Shown piece by piece: positions 9,120-19,255 of a stretch of DNA of 64,000 nucleotides (within the stretch, counting starts at the first letter, position 1; each line of letters begins with the position of its first letter). The stretch comes from an uncultured bacterium (GTDB taxonomy: Bacteria; Acidobacteriota; Thermoanaerobaculia; Multivoradales; JAHZIX01), in assembly GCA_965368975.1 (NCBI GenBank), contig CBDUPA010000018.1, forward strand, positions 1-64,000, in the 5' to 3' direction. The translations under genes and the position numbers were made by a program. The notes beneath the pieces were generated by a model. That model was not told the origin of the DNA. It saw only the letters and a program-made list of their open reading frames with translations, and did not search any database.

Positions 9120-11469
9120 CATTGAAATCGAAGCCCGGATACTCGATACGCCGATGATAGATGGTTTCTAGCACCCTTTGGAAGGCATCGGCCACTTTCC
9201 GCAGATCTGCGAGGGTAATTTCGCATTCGTCTAATTGCCCTTCTCGCAGGCAATCATCGACGATCTTACGCACCAAGGTACGGATCTTCGGTGCCGAAGG
9301 TTCCTGCAAGGTACGGCTGGCGGCCTCGACGCCGTCGGCCAGCATCAGTACCGCCATCACGCGGTCGCGAGGTTTCGGGCCTGGATACCGAAAGTCGTCT
9401 TCGGGCACCGTCTCGCCGCCCCGTGCCGCCTCCATGGCGCGGCCGTAGAAGAAGTGGATCAGGCGCGTGCCGTGATGCTGGGTGATGGCGTCGCACACCG
9501 GCTGCGGCAGGTTGTGTTCGCGCGCCAAGGCCAGGCCTTCCTTGACGTGGTTGATCAGGATCAACGCGCTCATCGACGGCAGCAGCTTGTCGTGCCGGTT
9601 GCGACCGGCACGCTGGTTCTCGACGAAGTACTCGGGTCGAAAGATCTTGCCGATGTCGTGATAGAGCGCGCCGGTGTAGGCGAGCACGGAATCCGCGCGG
9701 ATCGCGTCGCAGCCCTCCTTTGCCAGGTTGGCGACCATCAGGGAATGCTGGAAGGTACCCGGGGCCTCGAAAGCAAGCCGGCGCAGCAACGGCAGATTGG
9801 TGTTGGCCAGCTCGACGAGTTTGATGTCCGTCGTGATGCCGAAGCTGGTCTCGAGCACCGGCACCGCGAAGCTGACCACGGCCGCCACCAGCAGGCCACC
9901 AAGCAAGGCACATAGCAAGTCGAACCCGAGCCGCACCGGATCCGCGTCGAGACCGGCACGCACCGACGTCAGGATCAACACCAAGACCAGGTTGCACAGC
10001 CCCACCACGCCACCAACGCGGACCAGCACCATGCGCTGCTTGAAGTCCTGCTTGTCGAGGTGGAAGATTGCGGCCAGGGAGCCAGCCATGGCGTAGACCA
10101 TCCACCACTGGGCGTCGGCCTCCACCAGAAGGGCACCCAGCAGGCTGTAGAGCAACGACAGGAGCAGCGCCGCTGGCCGGCCGAGCAGCAACACCGCGAG
10201 CACCGCCAGGGCGGCGAAGGGCACGGCGTAGGTGTAGCTGGCTACCGAGTCGAAGGGCGCGGCCTCGACCGCCTGGCCCAGTGCCGTCGCCACGAGCAGC
10301 GACACGCGCGTACCCAACACGCCGAGCAACAGGAAGATCAGCGCTTGACCGAAGATACGCTCGCGGCTTTGGTCGGCCACCCGCTCACGTCGCAAGCCGA
10401 GCCACAGCACCAGCGCCGCCAGCAACAGACCCAACCCGGTACCGAGAGCGCGCAGCAGTCGGTCTGCGGGACGTGCGTCCGGGGTCAACTGGCTCAGCAG
10501 CAGTACCGCATGGGTGTCGATGCGGTCCCCCTTGCGCACCAGGATCTGACCGCGGCGAGCACTGACCATGACCGGCTGTACGCCCGCCATCGCCTTTTCC
10601 TGGCGCGCGCGGGTCAGCTCGGCATCGTGGCGCAAATTGGCCGAGAGATTGCCCCGTAGAAGGTCCGTCAGGGCGGTGCGCTGGCGACGCGTGAACTGAC
10701 TCCAGCGCCGCGCCTCTTGCGCCAGCAGCTCCTCGAGGTCCTCGGGACCGAGGTGGTCGAAAACATCGAGGTGGAGGACTTCCTCGCCGGTCACCAGGTC
10801 TCGGCGGGTGACACCGTCGCGACGCTGTTGTAGCAGCCGAGCTTTGTCGTCGACGACACCGCGCGCCAGGACTGTCGCGGCCAGTTCGCGCAGTCGCTGC
10901 TCCAGCAGGTCAGCGAACTGCCAATCGCGCAGCACAACCGCCGCCTCGGGCATCACTTCCAGGTGCGTGGCGGCACTCAGCCGGGTCGCCAGCTCGACCG
11001 CGTCGCCCTCCGGCGGCGCCTCGCCACCTGCTTGCAGCCTGCGCCCTTCGACGAACAGTGCTTCGAGGCGGGTATCGAGGGCTCCGGCGGCCGCGCTGTC
11101 GTAATCCCATACCTGCAGCACGCCGTCGCGTACCTGTTGGCGCCGCGCTTCTGTAGCAGCGAAATCCTCGGCCCGCAGGTCGACCGGCACCAGGTAGTCG
11201 CGCTCGGCCACGGCACCGATTTCGAGCTCGCTCGGGTCGAAGCTCAGGTGCGTGCGCGGTAGCAGCGCCCAGGTCCCGAGCACTAGCCACAAGGTCAGCC
11301 ATAGCCAGGGTCGTTCGAGCGCCCCCATCCACACCGAATGCAAACGCTCGCGCAGCCGACCCAGACGGCTGGCGACCACCGCAGAGCGCCGGGAACGTCG
11401 CGACGAGCCGCCGCGGGCGCCGTTGGTCCCTACAGAGCGTCTCGAGGCTTCCCGGCCCTGGCGCGTCAA
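9049..11469 (-). CDS. 7TM-HD (HDIG) phosphohydrolase, PgpH/YqfF-like
   Basis: Extracellular domain, multiple TM segments, then APGTFQHS, YHDIGK, HHGT, FRYPGPKP, ADGVEAASR. Typical phoH-ybeY context. Confidence 0.9.
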   Translation of the reverse strand: MTRQGREASRRSVGTNGARGGSSRRSRRSAVVASRLGRLRERLHSVWMGALERPWLWLTLWLVLGTWALLPRTHLSFDPSELEIGAVAERDYLVPVDLRAEDFAATEARRQQVRDGVLQVWDYDSAAAGALDTRLEALFVEGRRLQAGGEAPPEGDAVELATRLSAATHLEVMPEAAVVLRDWQFADLLEQRLRELAATVLARGVVDDKARLLQQRRDGVTRRDLVTGEEVLHLDVFDHLGPEDLEELLAQEARRWSQFTRRQRTALTDLLRGNLSANLRHDAELTRARQEKAMAGVQPVMVSARRGQILVRKGDRIDTHAVLLLSQLTPDARPADRLLRALGTGLGLLLAALVLWLGLRRERVADQSRERIFGQALIFLLLGVLGTRVSLLVATALGQAVEAAPFDSVASYTYAVPFAALAVLAVLLLGRPAALLLSLLYSLLGALLVEADAQWWMVYAMAGSLAAIFHLDKQDFKQRMVLVRVGGVVGLCNLVLVLILTSVRAGLDADPVRLGFDLLCALLGGLLVAAVVSFAVPVLETSFGITTDIKLVELANTNLPLLRRLAFEAPGTFQHSLMVANLAKEGCDAIRADSVLAYTGALYHDIGKIFRPEYFVENQRAGRNRHDKLLPSMSALILINHVKEGLALAREHNLPQPVCDAITQHHGTRLIHFFYGRAMEAARGGETVPEDDFRYPGPKPRDRVMAVLMLADGVEAASRTLQEPSAPKIRTLVRKIVDDCLREGQLDECEITLADLRKVADAFQRVLETIYHRRIEYPGFDFNAHDPAADAVEKQHSVPAADAAEK

Positions 11470-12449
11470 GATCGCTCGGGCTCCCGGCCGCTCCGAGGCT
11501 CATGACGCTGCTGGTCGAAGCGGTCGTAGGCGTGGATCACCTTCTGCACCAGCGGGTGGCGGACCACGTCGCGCTGGTTGAAGTGCAGGAAGGCGATGCC
11601 CTCGACACCGGCCAGAACGTGCTGGGCTTCTCGCAGTCCGGAAACTCTGCCCGGCGGCAGGTCGACCTGCGTGACGTCACCGTTGATCACCGCCTTGGAG
11701 CCAAAGCCGATGCGCGTCAGACACATTTTCATCTGCTCGCTGGTGGTGTTCTGTGCTTCGTCGAGGATGACGAAGCTGTCGTTGAGAGTGCGACCACGCA
11801 TGAACGCGATGGGCGCGATCTCGATCACCTGGCGCTCGATCAGCTTGGTGACCTTCTCGTAGCCCATGATGTCGTAGAGGGCGTCATAGAGCGGGCGTAG
11901 GTAGGGATTGATCTTCTCCACCATGTCACCGGGTAGGAAACCCAGTTTCTCCCCCGCCTCGACCGCCGGACGGGCCAGCACAATGCGACGTACCCGCTTC
12001 TCCTGCAGCGCCGCCGCGGCCACCGCGACCGCCAAGTAGGTCTTGCCGGTACCAGCGGGGCCGATGGACATCACGATGTCGTGCTCCAGCATGGCCCGCA
12101 CATAGAGCTGCTGGCGCAGCGAGCGCGGCCGGATCAGGCGGTGGACGGTGGCCAGCACCCCCTCGGGCTGGAAAAAGTCGACGAGCGAAACACTCGGGTC
12201 CTCTTCCACTACCCGGATGGCGGTACGCACGTCATTGGTGCGCAGGCGGTAGCCCTTTTCCACCAGCGTCGACAGGCCGGTCAGCAAATGCTCGACAGAG
12301 CTCGTGGGCTGTGCGTCGCCGACTATCTGCACGTCTTGACCGCGTGCGTTGAGAGTAACGCCGAAGGTCTTCTCAATGGCGCGCAGATGCTCGTCCTGAG
12401 TGCCGAAAATCGGACCCGTGGCGCCCTCCGTCAGGGTGACTTGACTCAT
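11466..12449 (-). CDS. phoH: PhoH-like ATPase
   Basis: [54 protein letters not shown]. Confidence 0.95.
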   Translation of the reverse strand: MSQVTLTEGATGPIFGTQDEHLRAIEKTFGVTLNARGQDVQIVGDAQPTSSVEHLLTGLSTLVEKGYRLRTNDVRTAIRVVEEDPSVSLVDFFQPEGVLATVHRLIRPRSLRQQLYVRAMLEHDIVMSIGPAGTGKTYLAVAVAAAALQEKRVRRIVLARPAVEAGEKLGFLPGDMVEKINPYLRPLYDALYDIMGYEKVTKLIERQVIEIAPIAFMRGRTLNDSFVILDEAQNTTSEQMKMCLTRIGFGSKAVINGDVTQVDLPPGRVSGLREAQHVLAGVEGIAFLHFNQRDVVRHPLVQKVIHAYDRFDQQRHEPRSGREPERS

Positions 12450-12476
12450 GTGCAGGTACTCATCCAGCTCACGCCG

Positions 12477-13346
12477 TTACTTCTTGTCGCTGTAGTCATA
12501 GAAACCACGGCCGCTCTTGCGACCCAAGCGGCCGGCGGTGACCATCTGCTTGAGCAGCGGCGGTGGCGCAAAGCGCTTCTCGCGGAACTCGTCGAACATG
12601 ATCTCGGCGATGTAGTAGGTGGTATCCAGGCCGACAAAGTCGAGCAAGGTGAATGGCCCCATCGGGTAGCCGAGGCCCAACTTGAGAGCCTCGTCGATAT
12701 CCTCGACGGTGCCCAGACCCTCTTCCAGCGTGCGGATGGCATCCAGCAGGTACGGGATCAGCAGGCGATTGACCACGAAACCGGAAGTGTCCGGACACAC
12801 GACGGGACGCTTGCCGAGACCTTCGATGAACTCGACAGCGCTGGCCAGGGCCTCGTCGTCGGTGAGCAGGGTCTTGACCACCTCGACCAGCTTCATCACC
12901 GGCACCGGGTTGAAGTAGTGCAGACCAACGAAGCGCTCCGGCCGCTGCGTGCTCACGGCCAGCTGGGTGATGGTCAGCGACGAGGTATTGCTGGCGAACA
13001 GCGCCTTGGGCTGCACGACGGCGTCGAGCGACGCGAACGTCTTGCGCTTCTCTTCCAAATTCTCGACGATCGCTTCGATCACCAGGTCGCAATCGGCCAG
13101 GGTATCCATCTCGATGGTGCCCGACAGACGAGCCAGCGTTTCCGAGCGCGCCTCGTCGCTCAGCTTCCCTTTGCTCACGGCCTTGTCGAGCGAGCGGTGG
13201 ATGCGGGCCATGCCGGCGTCCAACGCCTGCTCGCTGACCTCGCGCACTACCGTATCGAAGCCGGACTTGGCGGTGACTTCTGCGATCCCGGAGCCCATCA
13301 GGCCACAACCGAGAACTCCAACCTTGCGAATCTTCATGACAGACAC
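12477..13346 (-). CDS. hbd: 3-hydroxybutyryl-CoA dehydrogenase
   Basis: GCGLMGSGIA, EAIVE, SNTSSL, GLHYFNPVPVM, GFVVNRLL, PMGPF, GRKSGRGFYDY. Confidence 0.93.
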   Translation of the reverse strand: MSVMKIRKVGVLGCGLMGSGIAEVTAKSGFDTVVREVSEQALDAGMARIHRSLDKAVSKGKLSDEARSETLARLSGTIEMDTLADCDLVIEAIVENLEEKRKTFASLDAVVQPKALFASNTSSLTITQLAVSTQRPERFVGLHYFNPVPVMKLVEVVKTLLTDDEALASAVEFIEGLGKRPVVCPDTSGFVVNRLLIPYLLDAIRTLEEGLGTVEDIDEALKLGLGYPMGPFTLLDFVGLDTTYYIAEIMFDEFREKRFAPPPLLKQMVTAGRLGRKSGRGFYDYSDKK

Positions 13347-13433
13347 ATCTCCTTCATGAGCCCGGAACGGGCCGAACTCGGGTTTCCTCTGGCGTGGAGC
13401 TGATGCCCATGATCGGGCAAAGTCGCTCGAGCG

Positions 13434-15143
13434 TCAATCCTGGTTCGAAATCTGTAACCGACCGAAGGCCGCGGGCAACTGGTCGAGCAGGTCGCCGGCT
13501 GCCAGGCTGATCTCCCCGACGGCTTCGGCCGCCAGGTCACCGGCCAGGCCGTGGAGGCAGACTGCCAACTGTGTGGCGACCAGCAGCTCGTAGCCCTGGG
13601 CGAGCAGACCCGCCAAGAGGCCGGTGAGTACGTCGCCGGTGCCACCGGTGGCCATGCCTGGATTGCCCGTCAAGTTGACGTACAGCTCTCCTTCCGGCGT
13701 GGCAATCAAGCTGCGGTGCCCCTTCAGGACGACCACGCAACCGCTGGCGACGGCGGCCTGCAGCACGGCCTGCCGGCGATCGGCGAGCACGTCGGCAGCA
13801 CGCAGAGTCCCCTCCGGACCACTCAGCAGACGCGCTAGCTCACCAGCATGCGGCGTCAACACCGTCGCGCCGCCCCTCGCTTGCAGTTCGCTCAGCCGGC
13901 CGGCGAAAGCCGTGAGGCCGTCGGCGTCGAGGACCAACGGCAGTTCGCCTTCCGTCGCTGGCGCCAGTACCAGGCGACGGATCGCCGCCGCCGTAGTCTC
14001 GGTCGTGCCGAGGCCGGGACCGACCGCGAGCGCTAGCCGGCTTCCCTGAGCCTGTTTCCCCTGCAGGAAACCGAGCACATCGTCGACCGCAGCGTCGTTC
14101 AAGACACCGTTCTCGTGCGCCAGCGGCAATGTCATCGACTCCAAGCTCGCCCCATCGACGACCGGCCACAGCGGCTGTGGCACCGCCGCGGTCACCAGGC
14201 CGGCACCGCCGCGCACGGCAGCGCGTGCTGCCAATGTCGCGGCTCCGGCGGTACCCGGTGCGCCGGCAACCAACACCGCGTGCCCGAAATCCCCTTTGTG
14301 CCCTCGTGCCGACCGCGGCAGCAAGTACGCACCGAGATCTGCCGGCAGCAGCAGATACAGATCCCCTTCGGCCTCGTCCAGCAAGTAGGCGGGGATACCC
14401 AGGTCGGCGATCACCAACTCCCCCACCGCCTCGCTCGCCGGCGGGAAGACGTGGGCGATCTTGGGCGTCGCAAAGGTGACGGTGACATCCGCCCGCACAT
14501 GCGAGCCGAGCGGGTCCGGGTCGCTGCCGTGGAAGCCACTCGGCAAATCGACAGCGAGCACGGGCCGGCGCCGCATCGAGAGGCCTTCTGCCAGGGCAGC
14601 GAACAGCCCGGACAGGGGCCGCGACAAGCCGGTGCCAAAGAGGGCATCCACCCACAAGCCGCAGTCATGAGCCTGCTCGAGAGCCGCCGGGACCTCCTCT
14701 TGACACGTCAGGTGCCGCGCTTCGAGTCCCATGTTGCAGCAAATGTCCTGCTGCGTGCCGGCATCTCCGCCGGCGCGCCACTCACGGTCCTCAGCGTCAC
14801 GGTCCTTGGCGTCACCGTCCTTGGCGTCACCGTCCTTGGCGTCACCGTCCTTGGCGTCACTGTCCTTGGCGTCACTGTCCTTGGCGTCGGGTGCCGAGTG
14901 CACCAACCACAGTTGCACCTCGTAGCCGCGCACCGCCAGGTGGCGGCCGAGCGCCAGCCCGTCACCACCGTTGTTGCCCGGTCCGCAAAAGATCGCGACG
15001 CTGTCGACCTGCGGCCAGCGCTGGCCGACCTCATCCGCCAGGCCGATGGCCGCGTTCTCCATCAGCACCATGCCGGGGATGCCCAGTTCCTGCATCGCCC
15101 GCTGGTCGACGCCCGCCATCGCTTCCGCACTCAGAACCTTCAA
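13434..15143 (-). CDS. nnr: Bifunctional NAD(P)H-hydrate epimerase/dehydratase (YjeF/Nnr)
   Basis: LMENAA, CGPGNNGGDG, DALFGTG, VDLPSG, HKGDFG, GPGLG, LDADG, LTPHAGE, MATGGTGDVLTG. TTG start at 15143 overlaps the upstream TGA. Confidence 0.93.
   Translation of the reverse strand: MKVLSAEAMAGVDQRAMQELGIPGMVLMENAAIGLADEVGQRWPQVDSVAIFCGPGNNGGDGLALGRHLAVRGYEVQLWLVHSAPDAKDSDAKDSDAKDGDAKDGDAKDGDAKDRDAEDREWRAGGDAGTQQDICCNMGLEARHLTCQEEVPAALEQAHDCGLWVDALFGTGLSRPLSGLFAALAEGLSMRRRPVLAVDLPSGFHGSDPDPLGSHVRADVTVTFATPKIAHVFPPASEAVGELVIADLGIPAYLLDEAEGDLYLLLPADLGAYLLPRSARGHKGDFGHAVLVAGAPGTAGAATLAARAAVRGGAGLVTAAVPQPLWPVVDGASLESMTLPLAHENGVLNDAAVDDVLGFLQGKQAQGSRLALAVGPGLGTTETTAAAIRRLVLAPATEGELPLVLDADGLTAFAGRLSELQARGGATVLTPHAGELARLLSGPEGTLRAADVLADRRQAVLQAAVASGCVVVLKGHRSLIATPEGELYVNLTGNPGMATGGTGDVLTGLLAGLLAQGYELLVATQLAVCLHGLAGDLAAEAVGEISLAAGDLLDQLPAAFGRLQISNQD
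14781..14888. repeat. In-frame 15-bp tandem repeat (7 copies, AKD[S/G/R]D) inside nnr
   Basis: Six gtcac[c/t/g]gtccttggc units plus one more degenerate unit at 14781. Confidence 0.9.
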
Positions 15144-16015
15144 TGCGTCACTCCTTCGACCTCGCCAGCGAGCAGCTCGGCGACCTCCGGTGAGTGGGCG
15201 ATCTCCGTCGTGACGCCGAGCTCGGACCGCGACTCCAACTCTGGTCGAGGCTTGTCCTGGTCCGCCTTTGCACCGGCCTCTTGGCGGCGGCTCTCTGTCA
15301 AACCCACCGAGATCATCTGCCAGCCGGCCAGCAGACGATAGGTGCGCGGGCACAGCGTCGGCTCCATCTCCAGCTCCGCCGCCAGGCGCCGCAGATCGTC
15401 CGGTCGGTCGACGTCGTAACTGCGCGGCAAGAGCGCCGGCCGGTAACCCAACTCGCGGCAACGCTCGACGGTTATGTCGAAGACCCGGGATGTACTCCAC
15501 GGGATGTCCTCGAACAGCCGGCGATCTAACGTATCGGCACGCACGCCGATCAAATAGTAGCCGCCATCATCCGCGGGACCGAGTACCACCGGCGCTCCGC
15601 CCGCGAGCAAATCGAAGGCTCGACGGAGGTGCTCGACGTCCAGCGTCGGGTGGTCACTGCCGAGCGCCACCAAGAACTCGGCTCGATCGGAGGCGTCGAC
15701 GAAGGCATGGCACAAGCGCGCACCGAGATGACTGCCGCGTTGGCGCAGCGCCGGAAGTCCTTTGAGGTCGAGGTCGGCGATGCTACTCGGCGGCGCCTCC
15801 TGGAGACCCGCATTGGCACCGAGATCCCAGGCCAGGCACAGCTGGAACAGCTCGGGGTGCAGGCGCTCGACCAAGTCCGCAACGAACGCGGCGTGCAGGC
15901 GCGCAGCCTGCTCAGAGGTCAAAGGACCATCGCCATCGGCGACCAGACGCGTCTTGACGCGGCCGGGTCGAGCTGGCTTGGTGAACAGCAGAAGCGTGGA
16001 AGACTGGAGGTTCAT
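15140..16015 (-). CDS. DUF2064/TIGR04282-type glycosyltransferase-like protein
   Basis: FTKP..PGRVKTRL, Q.G..LGARL, GSDHP, VVLGPADDGGYYLIG, IPWST, DVD..DDL. Confidence 0.85.
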   Translation of the reverse strand: MNLQSSTLLLFTKPARPGRVKTRLVADGDGPLTSEQAARLHAAFVADLVERLHPELFQLCLAWDLGANAGLQEAPPSSIADLDLKGLPALRQRGSHLGARLCHAFVDASDRAEFLVALGSDHPTLDVEHLRRAFDLLAGGAPVVLGPADDGGYYLIGVRADTLDRRLFEDIPWSTSRVFDITVERCRELGYRPALLPRSYDVDRPDDLRRLAAELEMEPTLCPRTYRLLAGWQMISVGLTESRRQEAGAKADQDKPRPELESRSELGVTTEIAHSPEVAELLAGEVEGVTH

Positions 16016-16397
16016 GGTTGGGGCGTTCCGCAGGGGACTCCTATTCTACATGCACTGGGCGGGGGCCGGAGTACCTTGATGCAACGCAAGCCCTTCGAAA
16101 GCGCGAAGGCTGCGCGCCCGCGGTTCTCTGACGATACGCCATCGTCCACACTTCTTGCGCTACAATGACCGCTACGAACCGACCCGCGGCACGGATCCTC
16201 GCGATTTCCGGCGCTCGAAGCTGTTTCGTGAGCCTGTACGGAGGGTTTGGGTCACTATTGTGAGTTCGCAGAAGTCCGCGTCACAAGACTACGGTTTCGA
16301 AGGGCTCTCGCTTCGCAGGGAAGGGCCCAGAAGCTGGGCTAGGCCCACAGAATCTCATTGGGGCAGCGCCCACAAGAAGTGGGCAAGGAGACGAGTG

Positions 16398-16589
16398 ATG
16401 ACCAAGTGGGAATACAAGATCATCAACATTCGGAGCGAGAACTACCGGCTCGACCCGAACGCCGCACCACAGCTCACGGACCTGGGAATGCAGGGCTGGG
16501 AGCTGGTCGGATTGACTTCGGTGAACTTCAAGACCGGTGCGACGGACAACATCGCGATGGTCTTCAAGCGCCCCGTCGTCGAAGACTGA
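16398..16589 (+). CDS. DUF4177-like small protein
   Basis: MTKWEYK...LG.QGWELV...FKRP. AAGGAG RBS upstream. Confidence 0.85.
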   Translation: MTKWEYKIINIRSENYRLDPNAAPQLTDLGMQGWELVGLTSVNFKTGATDNIAMVFKRPVVED

Positions 16590-16663
16590 GGTCCCCTAGA
16601 CTGGGTCCCCTGGAGGACTGGGTGCCAAGAAACTCGGGCACCCAGAACAAGTCACAGAGTGAC

Positions 16664-16861
16664 CTAGCTCGAGCGGACACGGTTCGCCAGCGCAAAGCCG
16701 GTCGCGGCACCGAGCAGCGCCAGGACGACCCAACCCGCGCGCGGAGCCCAGCCAACTTGACGCTGCACGACTCCCCGTACCTCTTCGAGGCTCGATTCGA
16801 CCTGCGTACGTAACTCGGCGAGCCGTGCCTGCTGCTGAGCCTGACGTTGGTCTATTTTCAT
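16664..16861 (-). CDS. Small membrane-anchored protein (DUF3618-like)
   Basis: MKIDQRQAQQ... coiled helix plus a C-terminal TM segment. ATGA overlap with the upstream gene and GAGGAG RBS. Confidence 0.6.
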   Translation of the reverse strand: MKIDQRQAQQQARLAELRTQVESSLEEVRGVVQRQVGWAPRAGWVVLALLGAATGFALANRVRSS

Positions 16862-17337
16862 GTCTCCTCCTCGGTCAAGCGCGGCTGGCCCTGATGGGAC
16901 TCCTCGGTCGCGGCCGGTCTTGCCTGGCCGCGGGATGAACGGGAACCACCCTGCCCCTCGAACTGGTGACGCCACCAGGCCAGGTGACTGTCGACATGAC
17001 GCTGGAGTGTCTCTCCCGGGCGTTCGAGACGCGCCAGGATGCGCGAGGACCACCACCACAGAACCCCCATCTTCACGACCAGGAGTCCCGCCACGATAGC
17101 CCCCGCTGCCCACAGCGGCAGGTCGAACCCGGCCGCCAGCCCGTGGATCAGCGTGAATGTGGCTACGGCCAGGAAGACCGCGCCGACCGCCAGCACCACG
17201 GCGCGCAGTGCCCAAGCCTTGACGGTCTGGTTGGCGATCTGCCCGAGATCCTCGAACAAGGCGTCAACTTCCGCCTGGAGCAACTCGACCAGACTGTGGC
17301 CGAGGGTCTCGAACTTACGTCGCCAGGCCACGATCAA
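16858..17337 (-). CDS. YqjE/holin-like (superfamily III) membrane protein
   Basis: L.QAEV..L N-terminal helix followed by two TM segments. Paired with the small protein downstream. Confidence 0.6.
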   Translation of the reverse strand: MIVAWRRKFETLGHSLVELLQAEVDALFEDLGQIANQTVKAWALRAVVLAVGAVFLAVATFTLIHGLAAGFDLPLWAAGAIVAGLLVVKMGVLWWWSSRILARLERPGETLQRHVDSHLAWWRHQFEGQGGSRSSRGQARPAATEESHQGQPRLTEEET

Positions 17338-19046
17338 CCCCCGACCCTAGCCGAGCGTGAGACGAAGGAAACACCTTGGTTGGACCCGAACTCGTCGCGC
17401 AAGCCGACCGCGACTCGCTGGTTCCCGGCCCGCATGATCAGCTCCATCGTGTAAGCGTACTGCTGCTGCTTGGCGCGCTCCACTTCCGCACTCGGGATGT
17501 CGATCGGTACCCGGATCTCCTGCACCTCGGACATGCCGCCCTCATTGTCCATGGCCGCGACGTAGAGCCGCAGGCGTGCCACGTACTGCTCCCCGCGCGG
17601 CACCAGGATGACCTTGTCGAGCGGGAACTTGACCACGACCGGCACCTGGTAGTAACGATCCTGGGCTCGCGGCGTACCGCGGCCGAAGCTCACCGAAACG
17701 TCCAGCGGATTGCTCTCGAAGGCGAAGTTGAGCGACGCCCGCGTGCCATCGAACATACGCGTGGTAATCGTCTTGTCGCGGTAGTTCTCCCGGTGTCGCA
17801 CGTCGACGCCCCGCTCGCGATCCTTCAGCTTGACCTCGATCTCATACATGCGGCCATCGCCACTGTGCGCCGGGCTGTAGCCGAGCGAGTAGTAGTTGCG
17901 GAAGTCGCTCTGCACGACCTCCTGCAACGCCGGCAGTACGCGGTTGCGGTTGACGATCGCACGACCGCCCGTAGCGTCGGCCATGAAGTGCAGCGTGTTC
18001 TGCAGATTGTGCGTGCTGATCGTGTCGATGAACGCCCCGCGGTTGGGACCGCCGCGCTCGGAAGCAGCAATCTGACTATCCGTCCGCAAACCGCCAGCAT
18101 CGATCGTGTAGAAGGTGACACCGTTGGCATTGGCCACGCCGGTCAATTCTCGGAAGCGCCGTGAGTGGTCGTAGCTGAAGGCCTCGGTGAGCGCACCCGA
18201 GCGCGAGAAGCGATTCTCGACATAGTGGAACAGCTCCTCCGCCGGCACCATGGGGATGCCGTCGCTGACGTAAAGGATCGCCTTACGACCCGGCATCCCG
18301 GCCAGCGACTCCACCATCTCCTTGAGCGACTTGATGGTGAAGCTGAGATCGTTGGCGACCGACTCGGCGTAGGAGCGCACGCGGCCCAGAGCTTCCCACG
18401 CATCCTGAGCGTCGTCGATATCGTCCATCACCTGACGGCGCTCGGAGTCGGTGTGCACGGCGAAGGCACTGACCCGCTCCAACTCGCTGAGCGCGGCATT
18501 GACCACGCGCGGGTCACTGGTGAACCCCTGGCGCACCTTCAGCGAGCGGTCGTAGGAAACCAGCATCACGCGATCTTCGCGCTGCACGTTGCGCTGCAGG
18601 AACTGGCGCAGCTCCCGGATCACGCGGTTGCGGTTGAACGGTCGGATATTGAAGTTGTCAACGTAGACGATCAGCCGTAGCCGCTGCTCTTCCGGCACTT
18701 CGATCGGTTGTAGATGCGCCGGCAGCTGCGGCCCTTCGTCGGAGCCGACCTCCGCGCCTGTCTCGTCCTTCACCCGGCCGTTCTCGACCGCGAAGAAATT
18801 CGACACCTTCATCGGCTGGTCGTTCTCGAAGATCTCGAAGTCCTCAGGACCGAGACCGAGAATTGGCTTGCCGTCGCGATCGGTGACATACACCTCGACG
18901 TTGACGACGTTGACGTTGACTTGTTCGATGTAGATCTCGTCGGCGATCTCGTCTTGTGCCGTTCCTGGCGCATCCTGAGCCGGTAGTACCAGCGGCAGCG
19001 CAAGCAGGAAGGCCCCGAAGAGAGAAATCAGGGAGAATCGTGTCAT
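17334..19046 (-). CDS. Acidobacterial VWFA-related secreted protein (paralog 1)
   Basis: Signal peptide, VNVEVYVTD..G.P..GL..EDF, PGRKAILYVSDG, VTFYTID, TGG, YYSLGY. Confidence 0.88.
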   Translation of the reverse strand: MTRFSLISLFGAFLLALPLVLPAQDAPGTAQDEIADEIYIEQVNVNVVNVEVYVTDRDGKPILGLGPEDFEIFENDQPMKVSNFFAVENGRVKDETGAEVGSDEGPQLPAHLQPIEVPEEQRLRLIVYVDNFNIRPFNRNRVIRELRQFLQRNVQREDRVMLVSYDRSLKVRQGFTSDPRVVNAALSELERVSAFAVHTDSERRQVMDDIDDAQDAWEALGRVRSYAESVANDLSFTIKSLKEMVESLAGMPGRKAILYVSDGIPMVPAEELFHYVENRFSRSGALTEAFSYDHSRRFRELTGVANANGVTFYTIDAGGLRTDSQIAASERGGPNRGAFIDTISTHNLQNTLHFMADATGGRAIVNRNRVLPALQEVVQSDFRNYYSLGYSPAHSGDGRMYEIEVKLKDRERGVDVRHRENYRDKTITTRMFDGTRASLNFAFESNPLDVSVSFGRGTPRAQDRYYQVPVVVKFPLDKVILVPRGEQYVARLRLYVAAMDNEGGMSEVQEIRVPIDIPSAEVERAKQQQYAYTMELIMRAGNQRVAVGLRDEFGSNQGVSFVSRSARVGG

Positions 19047-19200
19047 GGCAGGGTTCCCGTGTAGGTATGTTCAGACCCGCGGTCGGTTCAGGATGCGCCC
19101 GCGAGGGTGTGGTTGGCTGTGCAGCTCGTAGCAGCAACAAGCTGGGCGAGTTCGCGAAACAGCCCAGCCGATCCAGGCCACTAGCTTAGCAGAAGCAGGA

Positions 19201-19229
19201 CAAGCCGGCCCGAGAACCGGGCCGGCTTG
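19201..19229 (-). terminator. GC-rich hairpin between VWFA genes
   Basis: 12-bp stem caagccggcccg / cgggccggcttg with a 5-nt loop. Weak U-tract. Confidence 0.45.
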
Positions 19230-19255
19230 CGAGGGAGGTTCACCGTTGCCTTCGC

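Noticed and set aside
15140-16015. Arsenosugar or selenium pathway cluster
   Set aside because: Only the DUF2064-type gene is present; partner rSAM and glycosyltransferase genes are not adjacent.
16259-16285. TGTGA...TCACA as a CRP/FNR-type site
   Set aside because: Half-site spacing is 17 bp rather than 6.
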